47,597 nucleotides of DNA, taken from the UHGV virus genome UHGV-1361682; one strand, 5' to 3'. The notes under the pieces were generated by a model. It was not told where the DNA came from, searched no databases, and saw nothing but the letters and a program-made list of their open reading frames with translations. Numbering within the stretch: the stretch's first letter is position 1; the number at the start of each line of letters is the position of its first letter. Shown here in pieces: positions 31,457-40,331 of the stretch. A program made the position numbers and the translations under genes. The stretch is from a virus.

Positions 31457-34252
31457 ATGGCAATCCTGCGAGACTCTGAGCCGTTCCGTCGGCAAACCGA
31501 TGACACCCGTAAAGCGGGGCAGTGGTCTGGTATTGGCCAGGCTGGGGCCTCGCAGGGTGCATCGCAAAAGCGCTTCCACAACAACGAAGGCTTTTACAAT
31601 GCACTGGACCGATTGGGGGATACCCTCCACAAGGGTCTGCTGAAGCGACAGCAGATCGACTTCGACAACGCCTACCTGGCTGGCCAAGCCAAGGCTGGGA
31701 TTATCCAGGCTGAGGATGAGATTCAGAACGACCCGCTGACCCGGGACTTCGAGGTGGCTGGGTACCGCCAGGCCATGGCCAAGCTGGCTCTGGCTGAGGA
31801 GCAGCAGCGCTTCAAGGAAGACCTGCCGTACCTTCGGACCCTCGACGCAGAGGGCCTGGAAGGGTACATGACCCGCAGACGGAACACCCTGAACCCGATG
31901 CTGGCCGGACTGGCTGTGAAGGACCGTGCTGCTGCTGCTCAGCAGATGGCCGACCTCGACTTCAGTCACACCGTGCAGTGGAAGACCGAACGGCAGAAGT
32001 ACATCATCGATGAGAAGATGGCTGCCACCACCACCCAGCTGGCTGCGTTCCTTCAGGACATGCACGAAGCTCAGGTGCAGTTCGACACTGGTCAGATTGA
32101 CGAGCGCTCCTACCTGACCCGGATGGGCAGCTTCACCGAGGTGCTGAAAGCAACCTGGGATGATGACTCCCTGCCCCGCCAGGTGAAGGAGCAGTTCACT
32201 GCCCAGGCATTCCAGTCTGCGCTGCAGCAGGGTAACACCCAGCTGTATGACATCCTGACGTCCCAGAAGTTCGACAACAACATCGGCTCGGAAGAGGTGG
32301 ACGGCCCGAACTACCGGGAAGCCAGTACCTTCCTGGCACGTCTGCCCCAAGAGACTCAGAACCAGCTGGCTGGCATGTATGCCCAGGCTGAGCAGAAGCG
32401 CTCCTGGATGAAGAACTTCCAGGGCATCCAGACTGTGGCTGACCTGCGCGCACAGATTCACAACGAAGCCTACACCGGGAACCTGCAGGACTTCGACAGG
32501 CTTACCAAACCCCTGATCCACTCTGGGGCCATGTCTGTTGACGAGTATCAGCAGATGCGTGCCCAGCTTCAGTACGTCCGCAAGACTGCTGATGAGAAGG
32601 CTTTCAGCCCAGCCCCGTTCCTGTCGGGTAACCTGATGGAGCTGCTGGCCAACGGCACCACACCTGAGAAGGCTGCCCAGGCCACAGTGCAACAGATGGC
32701 TGCATCTGGGGCATCCCCTGCCCAGATTCTCGATGCCATGACCACCGCGGCCAAGAACGGTATGGTGGCTGCAGCCGGGAAGCAGATCGGGCAGATGGCT
32801 GATGTGGCCATGCAATCCGTGCTGTCCAACGATGGCAAGGTGCTGTCCCAGCACAAGGAGATGCTGGACTCGATCATCCAGAAGATGGACGATGAGGACA
32901 AGTCAGGCAATGTGTACTACCGGCAGACCATCATGGCTGGGATGTCCCCGGAGATGCGTGGTCAGTTCGAGGGGTACATGAAGAAGCTGAAGGCTGGTAA
33001 GTCAGTCGAGGTTGCTCTGTCGGAGATCGCTAAGGACGAGGCTGCTGCCAAGGCCATGCCTGCAGAGGCCCGTGCTGCCCGTGCTGCACAGCTACAGGAC
33101 GTGTACAGCAAGGCTGATGCAATGGTCCGGGATCACCGGGGCCTGTTCGCCACCATGTGGCTGAAGGCGGGTGCCCTGCTTGGTGGTGAGCAGTCTGCTG
33201 CTGAGCTGAAGCTCCGGACATCAGATTGGGCCTTCGAGGACAACCACTTCAAGACCCGCATCTACCAGAACGCAATCCAGGGTGAAGTTCGTGAGGCCAT
33301 CAAGAACATCGCCATGGCCAATCCGTCCTACGACGGTGACTCGGTGATGGACCTGGCCCTGGCCGATGTGGCTTCGCGCACCATCGAGACGAAGTGGGGT
33401 CCGGTTCCTCTGCCCCAGGGATTCTACGACACCTTTGCTTCCAAGACAGGGCTTGGCCCAGGCCAGCAGTCCATGCTGGGCAAGGCCATCGATAACCTGA
33501 CCCGTGCTGGCCATGAGGACGGTTATGTCCATGTCAAGGTGGATAGCAACGGCCGTCTGATGGCTGACTCGTACGACAAGTCCGGGAACATGGATGCTCT
33601 GGAATCCCACGAGCTGTCCCCCGAGCTAATCCGGGATGAGGTCAAGCGACTGACAGATGCCGAGGCCAAGTACAACAACGCCGTCTACGGTGATGGGTAC
33701 AAGGCTGATGGCAAAGGTGGGTCGGTGATCTTCAACGGCGCCAACGCCGCCGGTGTTCCGCACCCGGTGATGTTCGCCGTGCGGTGGGTGCTGTCCAAGT
33801 TCGAGGGAGTCACAGACACCCCGTACCAGGATGGCAAGTTCAAGTCCGTGGGTGTTGGGATCAATGAGCAGAACCCACACTACCCCGAGTCCGCCCGGAA
33901 GACCGGCAAGGCCAGCCCAGAGGACATCAACAAGTCCTTCGCCGCCGCGTCGGAGGCTGCTGTGAAGTCCGCCAAGAACATCCTCGAAGGTCTGGGGATG
34001 AACGTAGGCAACTCTGCCCTGCTGGAGATGGCATCGTCCATGGCCTATCAGGGTGGTGAAGGCTTTGCGATCGGCAAGACCCCATCGGCGAAAGCTGGCA
34101 GGGCTATGCTGGAAGCAGTGAAGGAAGGCGACTACGACAAGGCCCTGGCCGAGTTCAAGAAGACCGCAGTGTACAAGGTGAGTCCCGAGGACCGCCGTCG
34201 GTACTATGTAGCACGGCTGCACACAGCAGCCACATCATCGAAGGTTCAGTAA
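31457..34252 (+). CDS. Internal virion protein B (gp15-like), 931 aa
   Basis: ORF track. Size and position are as in T7-like phages. Confidence 0.65.
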   Translation: MAILRDSEPFRRQTDDTRKAGQWSGIGQAGASQGASQKRFHNNEGFYNALDRLGDTLHKGLLKRQQIDFDNAYLAGQAKAGIIQAEDEIQNDPLTRDFEVAGYRQAMAKLALAEEQQRFKEDLPYLRTLDAEGLEGYMTRRRNTLNPMLAGLAVKDRAAAAQQMADLDFSHTVQWKTERQKYIIDEKMAATTTQLAAFLQDMHEAQVQFDTGQIDERSYLTRMGSFTEVLKATWDDDSLPRQVKEQFTAQAFQSALQQGNTQLYDILTSQKFDNNIGSEEVDGPNYREASTFLARLPQETQNQLAGMYAQAEQKRSWMKNFQGIQTVADLRAQIHNEAYTGNLQDFDRLTKPLIHSGAMSVDEYQQMRAQLQYVRKTADEKAFSPAPFLSGNLMELLANGTTPEKAAQATVQQMAASGASPAQILDAMTTAAKNGMVAAAGKQIGQMADVAMQSVLSNDGKVLSQHKEMLDSIIQKMDDEDKSGNVYYRQTIMAGMSPEMRGQFEGYMKKLKAGKSVEVALSEIAKDEAAAKAMPAEARAARAAQLQDVYSKADAMVRDHRGLFATMWLKAGALLGGEQSAAELKLRTSDWAFEDNHFKTRIYQNAIQGEVREAIKNIAMANPSYDGDSVMDLALADVASRTIETKWGPVPLPQGFYDTFASKTGLGPGQQSMLGKAIDNLTRAGHEDGYVHVKVDSNGRLMADSYDKSGNMDALESHELSPELIRDEVKRLTDAEAKYNNAVYGDGYKADGKGGSVIFNGANAAGVPHPVMFAVRWVLSKFEGVTDTPYQDGKFKSVGVGINEQNPHYPESARKTGKASPEDINKSFAAASEAAVKSAKNILEGLGMNVGNSALLEMASSMAYQGGEGFAIGKTPSAKAGRAMLEAVKEGDYDKALAEFKKTAVYKVSPEDRRRYYVARLHTAATSSKVQ

Positions 34253-37200
34253 TGGCGAAATACTCTGTCCCAATGCCCGGCCGCTTCGGTGGCCTGCCTG
34301 AGATTCCCCAGGAAACCCTTGGCCCTGGCAAGGCATCTGCTCATACCGGTCCGGGCTGGGCAGAGTATGGTGACTACACAGTCCATGTCACTGACAAGTC
34401 CGAGCAGAACATCACCCCTGCTCGGGAGTCCAGAGCCCAGCGTGCCCAGCGCCGCGACGCTCTGGACCACAGCATGTGGGAGTCGTTCCAGGCCGGCCTC
34501 ATGGAGACCATCCCTGCCAAGGTGTTGGCAGCGACGTGGTACGGCCGTCCGGACTTCAAGGACGACACCACAATCAACCATCACACTTACCTGCAGAACA
34601 CCCCCCTGTCCCTGACTGAGGCTGAGCGGGAGTTCTTCATGGACAACGCCCGTGGGCAGAAGTCTGCCGAGTGGGCACTGGAACGAATCAAGGACTGGCG
34701 TCGTGTCCGGGAGACCGAGTCGTCCCACGCCGTGACAGCCTTCGGTGCCTCGATGCTGGACCCGGTGAACGTGGTCCCCGGTGGTGCTGCAGTCAGATAT
34801 GCCGGTGGTATCCGGAATCGCCTGATCGCTGGTGCCGTAACAGGGGCTGCCAACGCAGGGCTGGAATCAGTCATGAGCCCACTGGGTGCCAACCCAGTCG
34901 AGTCTGACGAGGTGCTGTCCGCTGGTATCCTCGGTGGGATCACAGGGATGTTCTACCGTGCCAGGGTACGGCCTGCCAAGGCCACGCCAGACAAGCCGGT
35001 GGATACCCCGGATGCCCCGCAGGCGCCCACCCCCGCAGGAGCCCCCACAAGCCCTTCTACGGCCCTCGCAGCCCCTGGTAAGGCAACCACCCCAGCCCTG
35101 TCCCCAGAGTTCCCTACAGGCCACTCTAGAGGCCCTGTAGCCGGTTTGCTGGAGTCGCCTTCGGGTGACCTGCCCCCATACTACTGGGGGGTCCCTCGGC
35201 TGCCTGCTCCAGAAGTCAAACCAGTGGCCCTGCCTGACCCAAACATCACGCTGAGGCTGGAAGGTCCGGCTACTGGTGTGGTGGGCCGTGCCCAAGTGAT
35301 CCCAATCCGGGAACCTGAGCTGCAGGTAATCGAAGGCCCGGCTCTGCTGGAAGCTCCTCAACGCGATCTGCAGAAGGCCCTGTTCTACGACAAGAACGCT
35401 GATGCTGAGGATGTGTACTTCAAGGATGTTGATCCGAAGACCTCCCCTGTGGTACACCTGACCCAGGATGAGATTGACAGCCTGGGACTCCCCCCGGACA
35501 TCAAAATGCCCGTGGAGAATCCGGAGATCGTCGCCAAGTACCTCAAGGCTTCAGCCAATGACGAGCTTGGTGGGATCAAGTCTGGGGAACCTCTGCGGTT
35601 CGGCAAGCGCAAGGTCGAAGCTGTCAACGCCGAGTCCATAGGGCACCGTGGTGCTGCCAACGACGATGTGGCCGGTAGGCACCTGCACGACACCGCATCC
35701 GCCAACGACGCCGACTTCGGTAACCCGAATCCCTGGGAACACACATCCCACTTCACTGATTCTGCCAACGATGTAGAATACACCCGACCGGCCCTTCCGG
35801 CCCCTGTACGCGCCAAGCTGTTGGAGTACAAGGCAAGAAATTCTTTTGCTGTTAATGAGAATCAATTGCGTTTGGGGTACACGAAGGCTGATGTCGAGTC
35901 GATCGAAGCCCAGAAGCACCCACGCAACGCCGAGAAGCGCATAGCTGCTGCTGCCCACAAGGCTGCTGTAGAGGCACGGAAGAAGGCCACTGCTGAAGCC
36001 CGTGCTGCTGCTCGGGAACAGCGTGAGGCCCACCAGGCTGCTCTGAAGGCTGCCAATGAGGCCACGCGAGCTGCCAAGGCTGCTGAGGCGAAGGCCAAAG
36101 CTGCCGAAGCCAAAGCCAAGCTTCAGGCTGAGCGTGCTGCTAAGCGTGCTGAGGCCAAGGCTGCTGCTGCCCAGCGCAAGGCTGATCAGGCTGTCTTCAA
36201 GGCCAAGCAGGCACAAGCTGCTCAGAAAGCCTCTCAGAAGGCTTCAAACGGGCCTACAACGGCTTCAGTGAGTCAGGGTAGTACAACCCCTTCGGGGATG
36301 TCTCCGAACGATCCTGCGGTCCAACAGGCGGCTCAGCACACTGCTTCCCAGCAGGCCGCTGCAGCTGGTGGGGGGTCTGGTAAGCCTCCGACACAGCCCC
36401 CGGCTGGCCAGTCGGCTGCTGCCCAGCCCCCGAGTCCTCCCCCAGGACCGAACGCCACCCTGGCACAAATCCTGCAGGGCAGTGGGCCGAACACCCTTGG
36501 GCACATCCCCGACCACGTCGGCAAGACGGTCGCGTCGAAGCTGGCCTGGAACATGCACAAGACAATGTCGAGCTGGGGAAAAGCCGGGCAGCTGGTCGCT
36601 GACCTGCTGTACGATGATGTGCTCAGCCCGGGCAAGGTGTCTGTGGAGTCCGAGCGTGCAGCGGCACTGGCCCAGCTGAGGCAACACCAGCACAAGTTCA
36701 CGGACATGTTCCGTGAGCGGATGAAGCAGGATGGCTGGGGTACATGGGAGCAGATGACACAAGGCCGTGGGTACTACAATGCCCAGCGCAAGCTGGAGCA
36801 AGACCTGTACGCCGAGATGGCTGCGCGGCAGAATGCCACCGCCACTGGCGCGCCTCATGTCAGCACCCGGCCTGATCTGAAGGAGCTGGCTGACCAGCTG
36901 GACCTTATCCACCGCGAGGCCCTGGATGAGCTGAAGCGTGCTGGTGTCGAGAACGCTGCTGATCTGAAGGAGTCCTCTGGCTACCTGTCCCGCAAGTGGG
37001 ACATGTACGGGATGGAGCAGACCATTCAGCGTCTGGACGGTATGGGACTGGATGGGAAGCAAGCTGTGGCTGATATGCTGCAGAAGTCGATCCTGGCCAG
37101 GACACCGCTGCTGCCCGCTGACGTTGCGATGGAGATGGCCAAAGCCATCCGGGACCGTACGCTCCGGAAGGGCTACTTCGAGGACAACATCGGGCAGGGA

Positions 37201-38688
37201 GTCCCTGACGCCGTGAAGGCTACGGTGATCGATGGGATGAACAAGGCTGGTGTCCCCGACAGTGTGCAGAAGGCTGTGCTGGATGCTCTGGATGGTACAC
37301 AGGACGCCAACTCGGGTCCGAAGTATCTAAAGTCCCGGATCGGCATGGACCTTCTGTCTGAGGTCACCCTGCCCAATGGGGAGAAGCTCAGGCCAATCGA
37401 TCTGCTGGACACGAGCATCAATCGGAATGTGGACCAGTACCTTCAGAAGGTGGCCACGGACGCAGCTCTGGCCCGTAAGGGTCTTGGCAAGACGTCAGAC
37501 ATCATGAAGGTCCGGGCACACCTGCTGCACAACATCGACCCTAAGCATCGGGCTGATGCTGCGGAGCTGTTCGACAACACTATGGCCTACTACAAGGGCA
37601 TGCCCTCGGGTGCCAAGGTGAACGAGAACTTCCGCAGGGTCCGTGCGCTGGGCAGCATGACTGCCCTGTCGGCATCGGGTCTGTGGCAGCTGACTGAGAT
37701 GGCTACCGTGCTGGGCAAGTTCGGTCTGGGGGCATCGCTGAAGGTCATGGCATCCAAGATGCCGGGATTCAGGTCGTTGCTGGCACCTCAGAACGCCACT
37801 GCTCTGGAGCACCTGCTGTCGGATCACTCCGCAGGTAGCATCCGTCTGCAGCCGTTCCTTCGTCGGTGGGAAGACCTGCATGACATGTCCATCGGAAGCC
37901 AGGCCAACAGGTTCGATCTGTTCCTGGAAGCCGGTCAGAACCTGGTGCCCTACGCCAACGGCATGAAGTTCATCCACCACATGCAGGCCAAGCTGGTTGC
38001 CAACCTGATGACCCAGCAGTTGGAGAACGCTGCCAAGGGGAACAAGAAGGCCCGTACCTTGCTGCAGAAGCTGGGTGTGGACGACGCTGCCATGTACCGA
38101 CTCGAAGCTGCCTATGCAAAGCATGGGCTGGACATCGATGCCTGGGATGATGCAGACTTCGACGCCATCCGTCCTGCACTCATCCGGGGTATGGACGACT
38201 TCGTACTGAAGCAACGTCTCGGGGGGACTCCGGCCTTCGTGGCCTTCAACCCCGTGGGCAAGCTGTTGTTCACGTACCGAAACTTCGTCATCTCGGCACA
38301 CAACCAAATCCTGGTGCAGAACCTTGCGTCCAAGGACGGCGGTGCTCTTATGATGATGATGCTGTACCAGTACCCGCTGGCAGTGGTGGCTGCTCAGGCA
38401 AATGCTACGCTGAGGGGGCAGGATGATGCTGACCCGCTCAAGGATGCTCTGGGACAGATGGGGGCCTTGGGCCTGCTGTCTGAACCGGTGCGCTGGGCTA
38501 CGGGACAAGCCAATGCGTTTGGTTCCCCGGCCCTGATCCCGATCGACACTGGGATCAAACTGGGCCAGCAGCTATTGCACGGTGAAGCGTACAAGGCGGC
38601 TGGGACTGCAATCAAGGCCGCTCCCCTGATCAGCATCCTTCCGGGGGTGAAGGGTCTGGGTGCAGCAGTCTCGAATCTGGAAGAGTAA
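34252..38688 (+). CDS. Internal virion protein C (gp16-like), 1478 aa, with a Pro-rich segment (aa ~245-300) and a long Ala/Lys/Glu/Arg-rich coiled-coil-like tract (aa ~560-650)
   Basis: ORF track. It is the largest gene and directly precedes the tail fibre gene, as T7 gp16 does. ATGG overlap with the previous stop. Confidence 0.7.
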   Translation: MAKYSVPMPGRFGGLPEIPQETLGPGKASAHTGPGWAEYGDYTVHVTDKSEQNITPARESRAQRAQRRDALDHSMWESFQAGLMETIPAKVLAATWYGRPDFKDDTTINHHTYLQNTPLSLTEAEREFFMDNARGQKSAEWALERIKDWRRVRETESSHAVTAFGASMLDPVNVVPGGAAVRYAGGIRNRLIAGAVTGAANAGLESVMSPLGANPVESDEVLSAGILGGITGMFYRARVRPAKATPDKPVDTPDAPQAPTPAGAPTSPSTALAAPGKATTPALSPEFPTGHSRGPVAGLLESPSGDLPPYYWGVPRLPAPEVKPVALPDPNITLRLEGPATGVVGRAQVIPIREPELQVIEGPALLEAPQRDLQKALFYDKNADAEDVYFKDVDPKTSPVVHLTQDEIDSLGLPPDIKMPVENPEIVAKYLKASANDELGGIKSGEPLRFGKRKVEAVNAESIGHRGAANDDVAGRHLHDTASANDADFGNPNPWEHTSHFTDSANDVEYTRPALPAPVRAKLLEYKARNSFAVNENQLRLGYTKADVESIEAQKHPRNAEKRIAAAAHKAAVEARKKATAEARAAAREQREAHQAALKAANEATRAAKAAEAKAKAAEAKAKLQAERAAKRAEAKAAAAQRKADQAVFKAKQAQAAQKASQKASNGPTTASVSQGSTTPSGMSPNDPAVQQAAQHTASQQAAAAGGGSGKPPTQPPAGQSAAAQPPSPPPGPNATLAQILQGSGPNTLGHIPDHVGKTVASKLAWNMHKTMSSWGKAGQLVADLLYDDVLSPGKVSVESERAAALAQLRQHQHKFTDMFRERMKQDGWGTWEQMTQGRGYYNAQRKLEQDLYAEMAARQNATATGAPHVSTRPDLKELADQLDLIHREALDELKRAGVENAADLKESSGYLSRKWDMYGMEQTIQRLDGMGLDGKQAVADMLQKSILARTPLLPADVAMEMAKAIRDRTLRKGYFEDNIGQGVPDAVKATVIDGMNKAGVPDSVQKAVLDALDGTQDANSGPKYLKSRIGMDLLSEVTLPNGEKLRPIDLLDTSINRNVDQYLQKVATDAALARKGLGKTSDIMKVRAHLLHNIDPKHRADAAELFDNTMAYYKGMPSGAKVNENFRRVRALGSMTALSASGLWQLTEMATVLGKFGLGASLKVMASKMPGFRSLLAPQNATALEHLLSDHSAGSIRLQPFLRRWEDLHDMSIGSQANRFDLFLEAGQNLVPYANGMKFIHHMQAKLVANLMTQQLENAAKGNKKARTLLQKLGVDDAAMYRLEAAYAKHGLDIDAWDDADFDAIRPALIRGMDDFVLKQRLGGTPAFVAFNPVGKLLFTYRNFVISAHNQILVQNLASKDGGALMMMMLYQYPLAVVAAQANATLRGQDDADPLKDALGQMGALGLLSEPVRWATGQANAFGSPALIPIDTGIKLGQQLLHGEAYKAAGTAIKAAPLISILPGVKGLGAAVSNLEE

Positions 38689-40331
38689 TGGCGACATTCG
38701 TCCGTGTCACATCGGATGGATCGCTGCGGACTATCGTCCTGCCCTTTACGTCACAGTACAGTGGGCAGGACGTTTCCGTCACGGCGATCACGGGCAGCAT
38801 CCCCAACTGGGGGCTGTCCGGGAACACAGTGGTCTTTGGGGCCAATGTGCCTGCTGGTACCGTAGTGCAGGTAGCCCGAAAGACACCGGTGAACATCCGG
38901 TACAAGTTCAGCCAGGGGGCTGCCTTCACGGCAGGCAACCTGGACTTCGACCTGCAACAGCTTCTGAACATCTCAGAAGAAGCCCGAGACCTTGCCTCCG
39001 CAGGGATCGTCGGGAACCTGAATATGCAGGCCAACAGGATCATCAACCTGGGTGCCCCTCGGGACCTGTCCGACGCTGCTACCAAGCAGTACGTAGATGA
39101 CGCAGTGAGTGCTGTTCGTGGGCAGGACTACTCGAACACGCTCCGGACTCTGGAGACTCGGGTTACCGTGGCTGAGGGTCGTATCCAGGCCCACAGCTCT
39201 GCTGTCGAGTCCCTGTCTACACGGGTGCGCACGCTCGAAGGTATTCAGTCACCGCTGCCCAATGGGTTCTTCCAGAATGGCAAGGTGAACCCTGATTTTC
39301 TACCAGACAGCAGGCCGGGTGGCGGGCAGGCACCAGCCCAGACATGGCGGTACGGATTTGTGCCTAGGACTGTGACCGCGCTGAGTGGTGCTCCAGTACA
39401 TTACGACCTGTGGATGCATGACTCTGGCGATCTGCAGGACCGTAAGCGATTCCGCGCCATGTGGTTCCTGGACGAAACCTACACTCAGGGGAGTCCATCA
39501 AGTACCACCACTACTTACCTGATGGACTATCGGGTATGGGAAGAGAATCCGACCATTCACCAGGGAAAGTCCCGTCTGACGTTCTACAAAGAGCTGACCG
39601 ATGTCAAGGCCGAGCTGACTGAGGCTACTGATACACTGCGCAACCGCGTCCGTGCTCTGGAGAACGGTGGGTCCGGTGGTGGTGGTGGTGGCACCGGCCT
39701 CTCGGTGAACAACCTGGGGGTTGCTGACCTGGGTGGGGCTACCCTGCGTAACATCGGTGCCCCGATCCGTACCACGGATGCGGTGAACCTCGGTACACTG
39801 CAGGAGATCATCGCTACTGACCATGCTGTGCTGGAGGAGAAGGCCAACACCTTCGTCCGGGCACTTGGTGTGGAGTTCCGCGATCGTGTACTGCAGACAG
39901 AGAAGGCCGTAGACGCCCTTAGCGGGGTCGTAGAGCAGCTGAAGAGTCGGGGTGGGGGTACAACCCAGCCGAGCCCCTCTCCGGCGCCTGGAGGCTCTGC
40001 AGGCGGTCTGAGCATGGGTGTGATTGCCCTGCCTCGATCGACTCCACGGGTATTCACCTCTGGGGTGGCCAATCCCGGCAAGGGAGTATCTGGGGGTGCA
40101 ACGTCCTATACCTTCGGCCTGACGCCGGGCATGTGGGAGTTCCGTATCCATGCCAAGGGTGGTAACGTGGTGGACGTGTCCTTTGTAGGGAATGGTACCA
40201 TGACCAGCTCCTTCGCCGAGTACACGATTCACACTGTTCAGAACTGCAGCCAAGTGACTATGACCCTGCCTTCCCCAGGCACCTGGTCCTTCAGTATCAC
40301 TGGCGTCTACATTGGAGCACAAGTTGGCTGA
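38688..40331 (+). CDS. Tail fibre protein with a T7 gp17-like N-terminal tail-attachment domain, 547 aa
   Basis: The N-terminal region, ending ...QLLNISEEARD, matches the conserved T7 gp17 N-domain (...HVAEEARD). The C-terminal part is divergent and contains a Gly-rich stretch. Confidence 0.75.
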   Translation: MATFVRVTSDGSLRTIVLPFTSQYSGQDVSVTAITGSIPNWGLSGNTVVFGANVPAGTVVQVARKTPVNIRYKFSQGAAFTAGNLDFDLQQLLNISEEARDLASAGIVGNLNMQANRIINLGAPRDLSDAATKQYVDDAVSAVRGQDYSNTLRTLETRVTVAEGRIQAHSSAVESLSTRVRTLEGIQSPLPNGFFQNGKVNPDFLPDSRPGGGQAPAQTWRYGFVPRTVTALSGAPVHYDLWMHDSGDLQDRKRFRAMWFLDETYTQGSPSSTTTTYLMDYRVWEENPTIHQGKSRLTFYKELTDVKAELTEATDTLRNRVRALENGGSGGGGGGTGLSVNNLGVADLGGATLRNIGAPIRTTDAVNLGTLQEIIATDHAVLEEKANTFVRALGVEFRDRVLQTEKAVDALSGVVEQLKSRGGGTTQPSPSPAPGGSAGGLSMGVIALPRSTPRVFTSGVANPGKGVSGGATSYTFGLTPGMWEFRIHAKGGNVVDVSFVGNGTMTSSFAEYTIHTVQNCSQVTMTLPSPGTWSFSITGVYIGAQVG

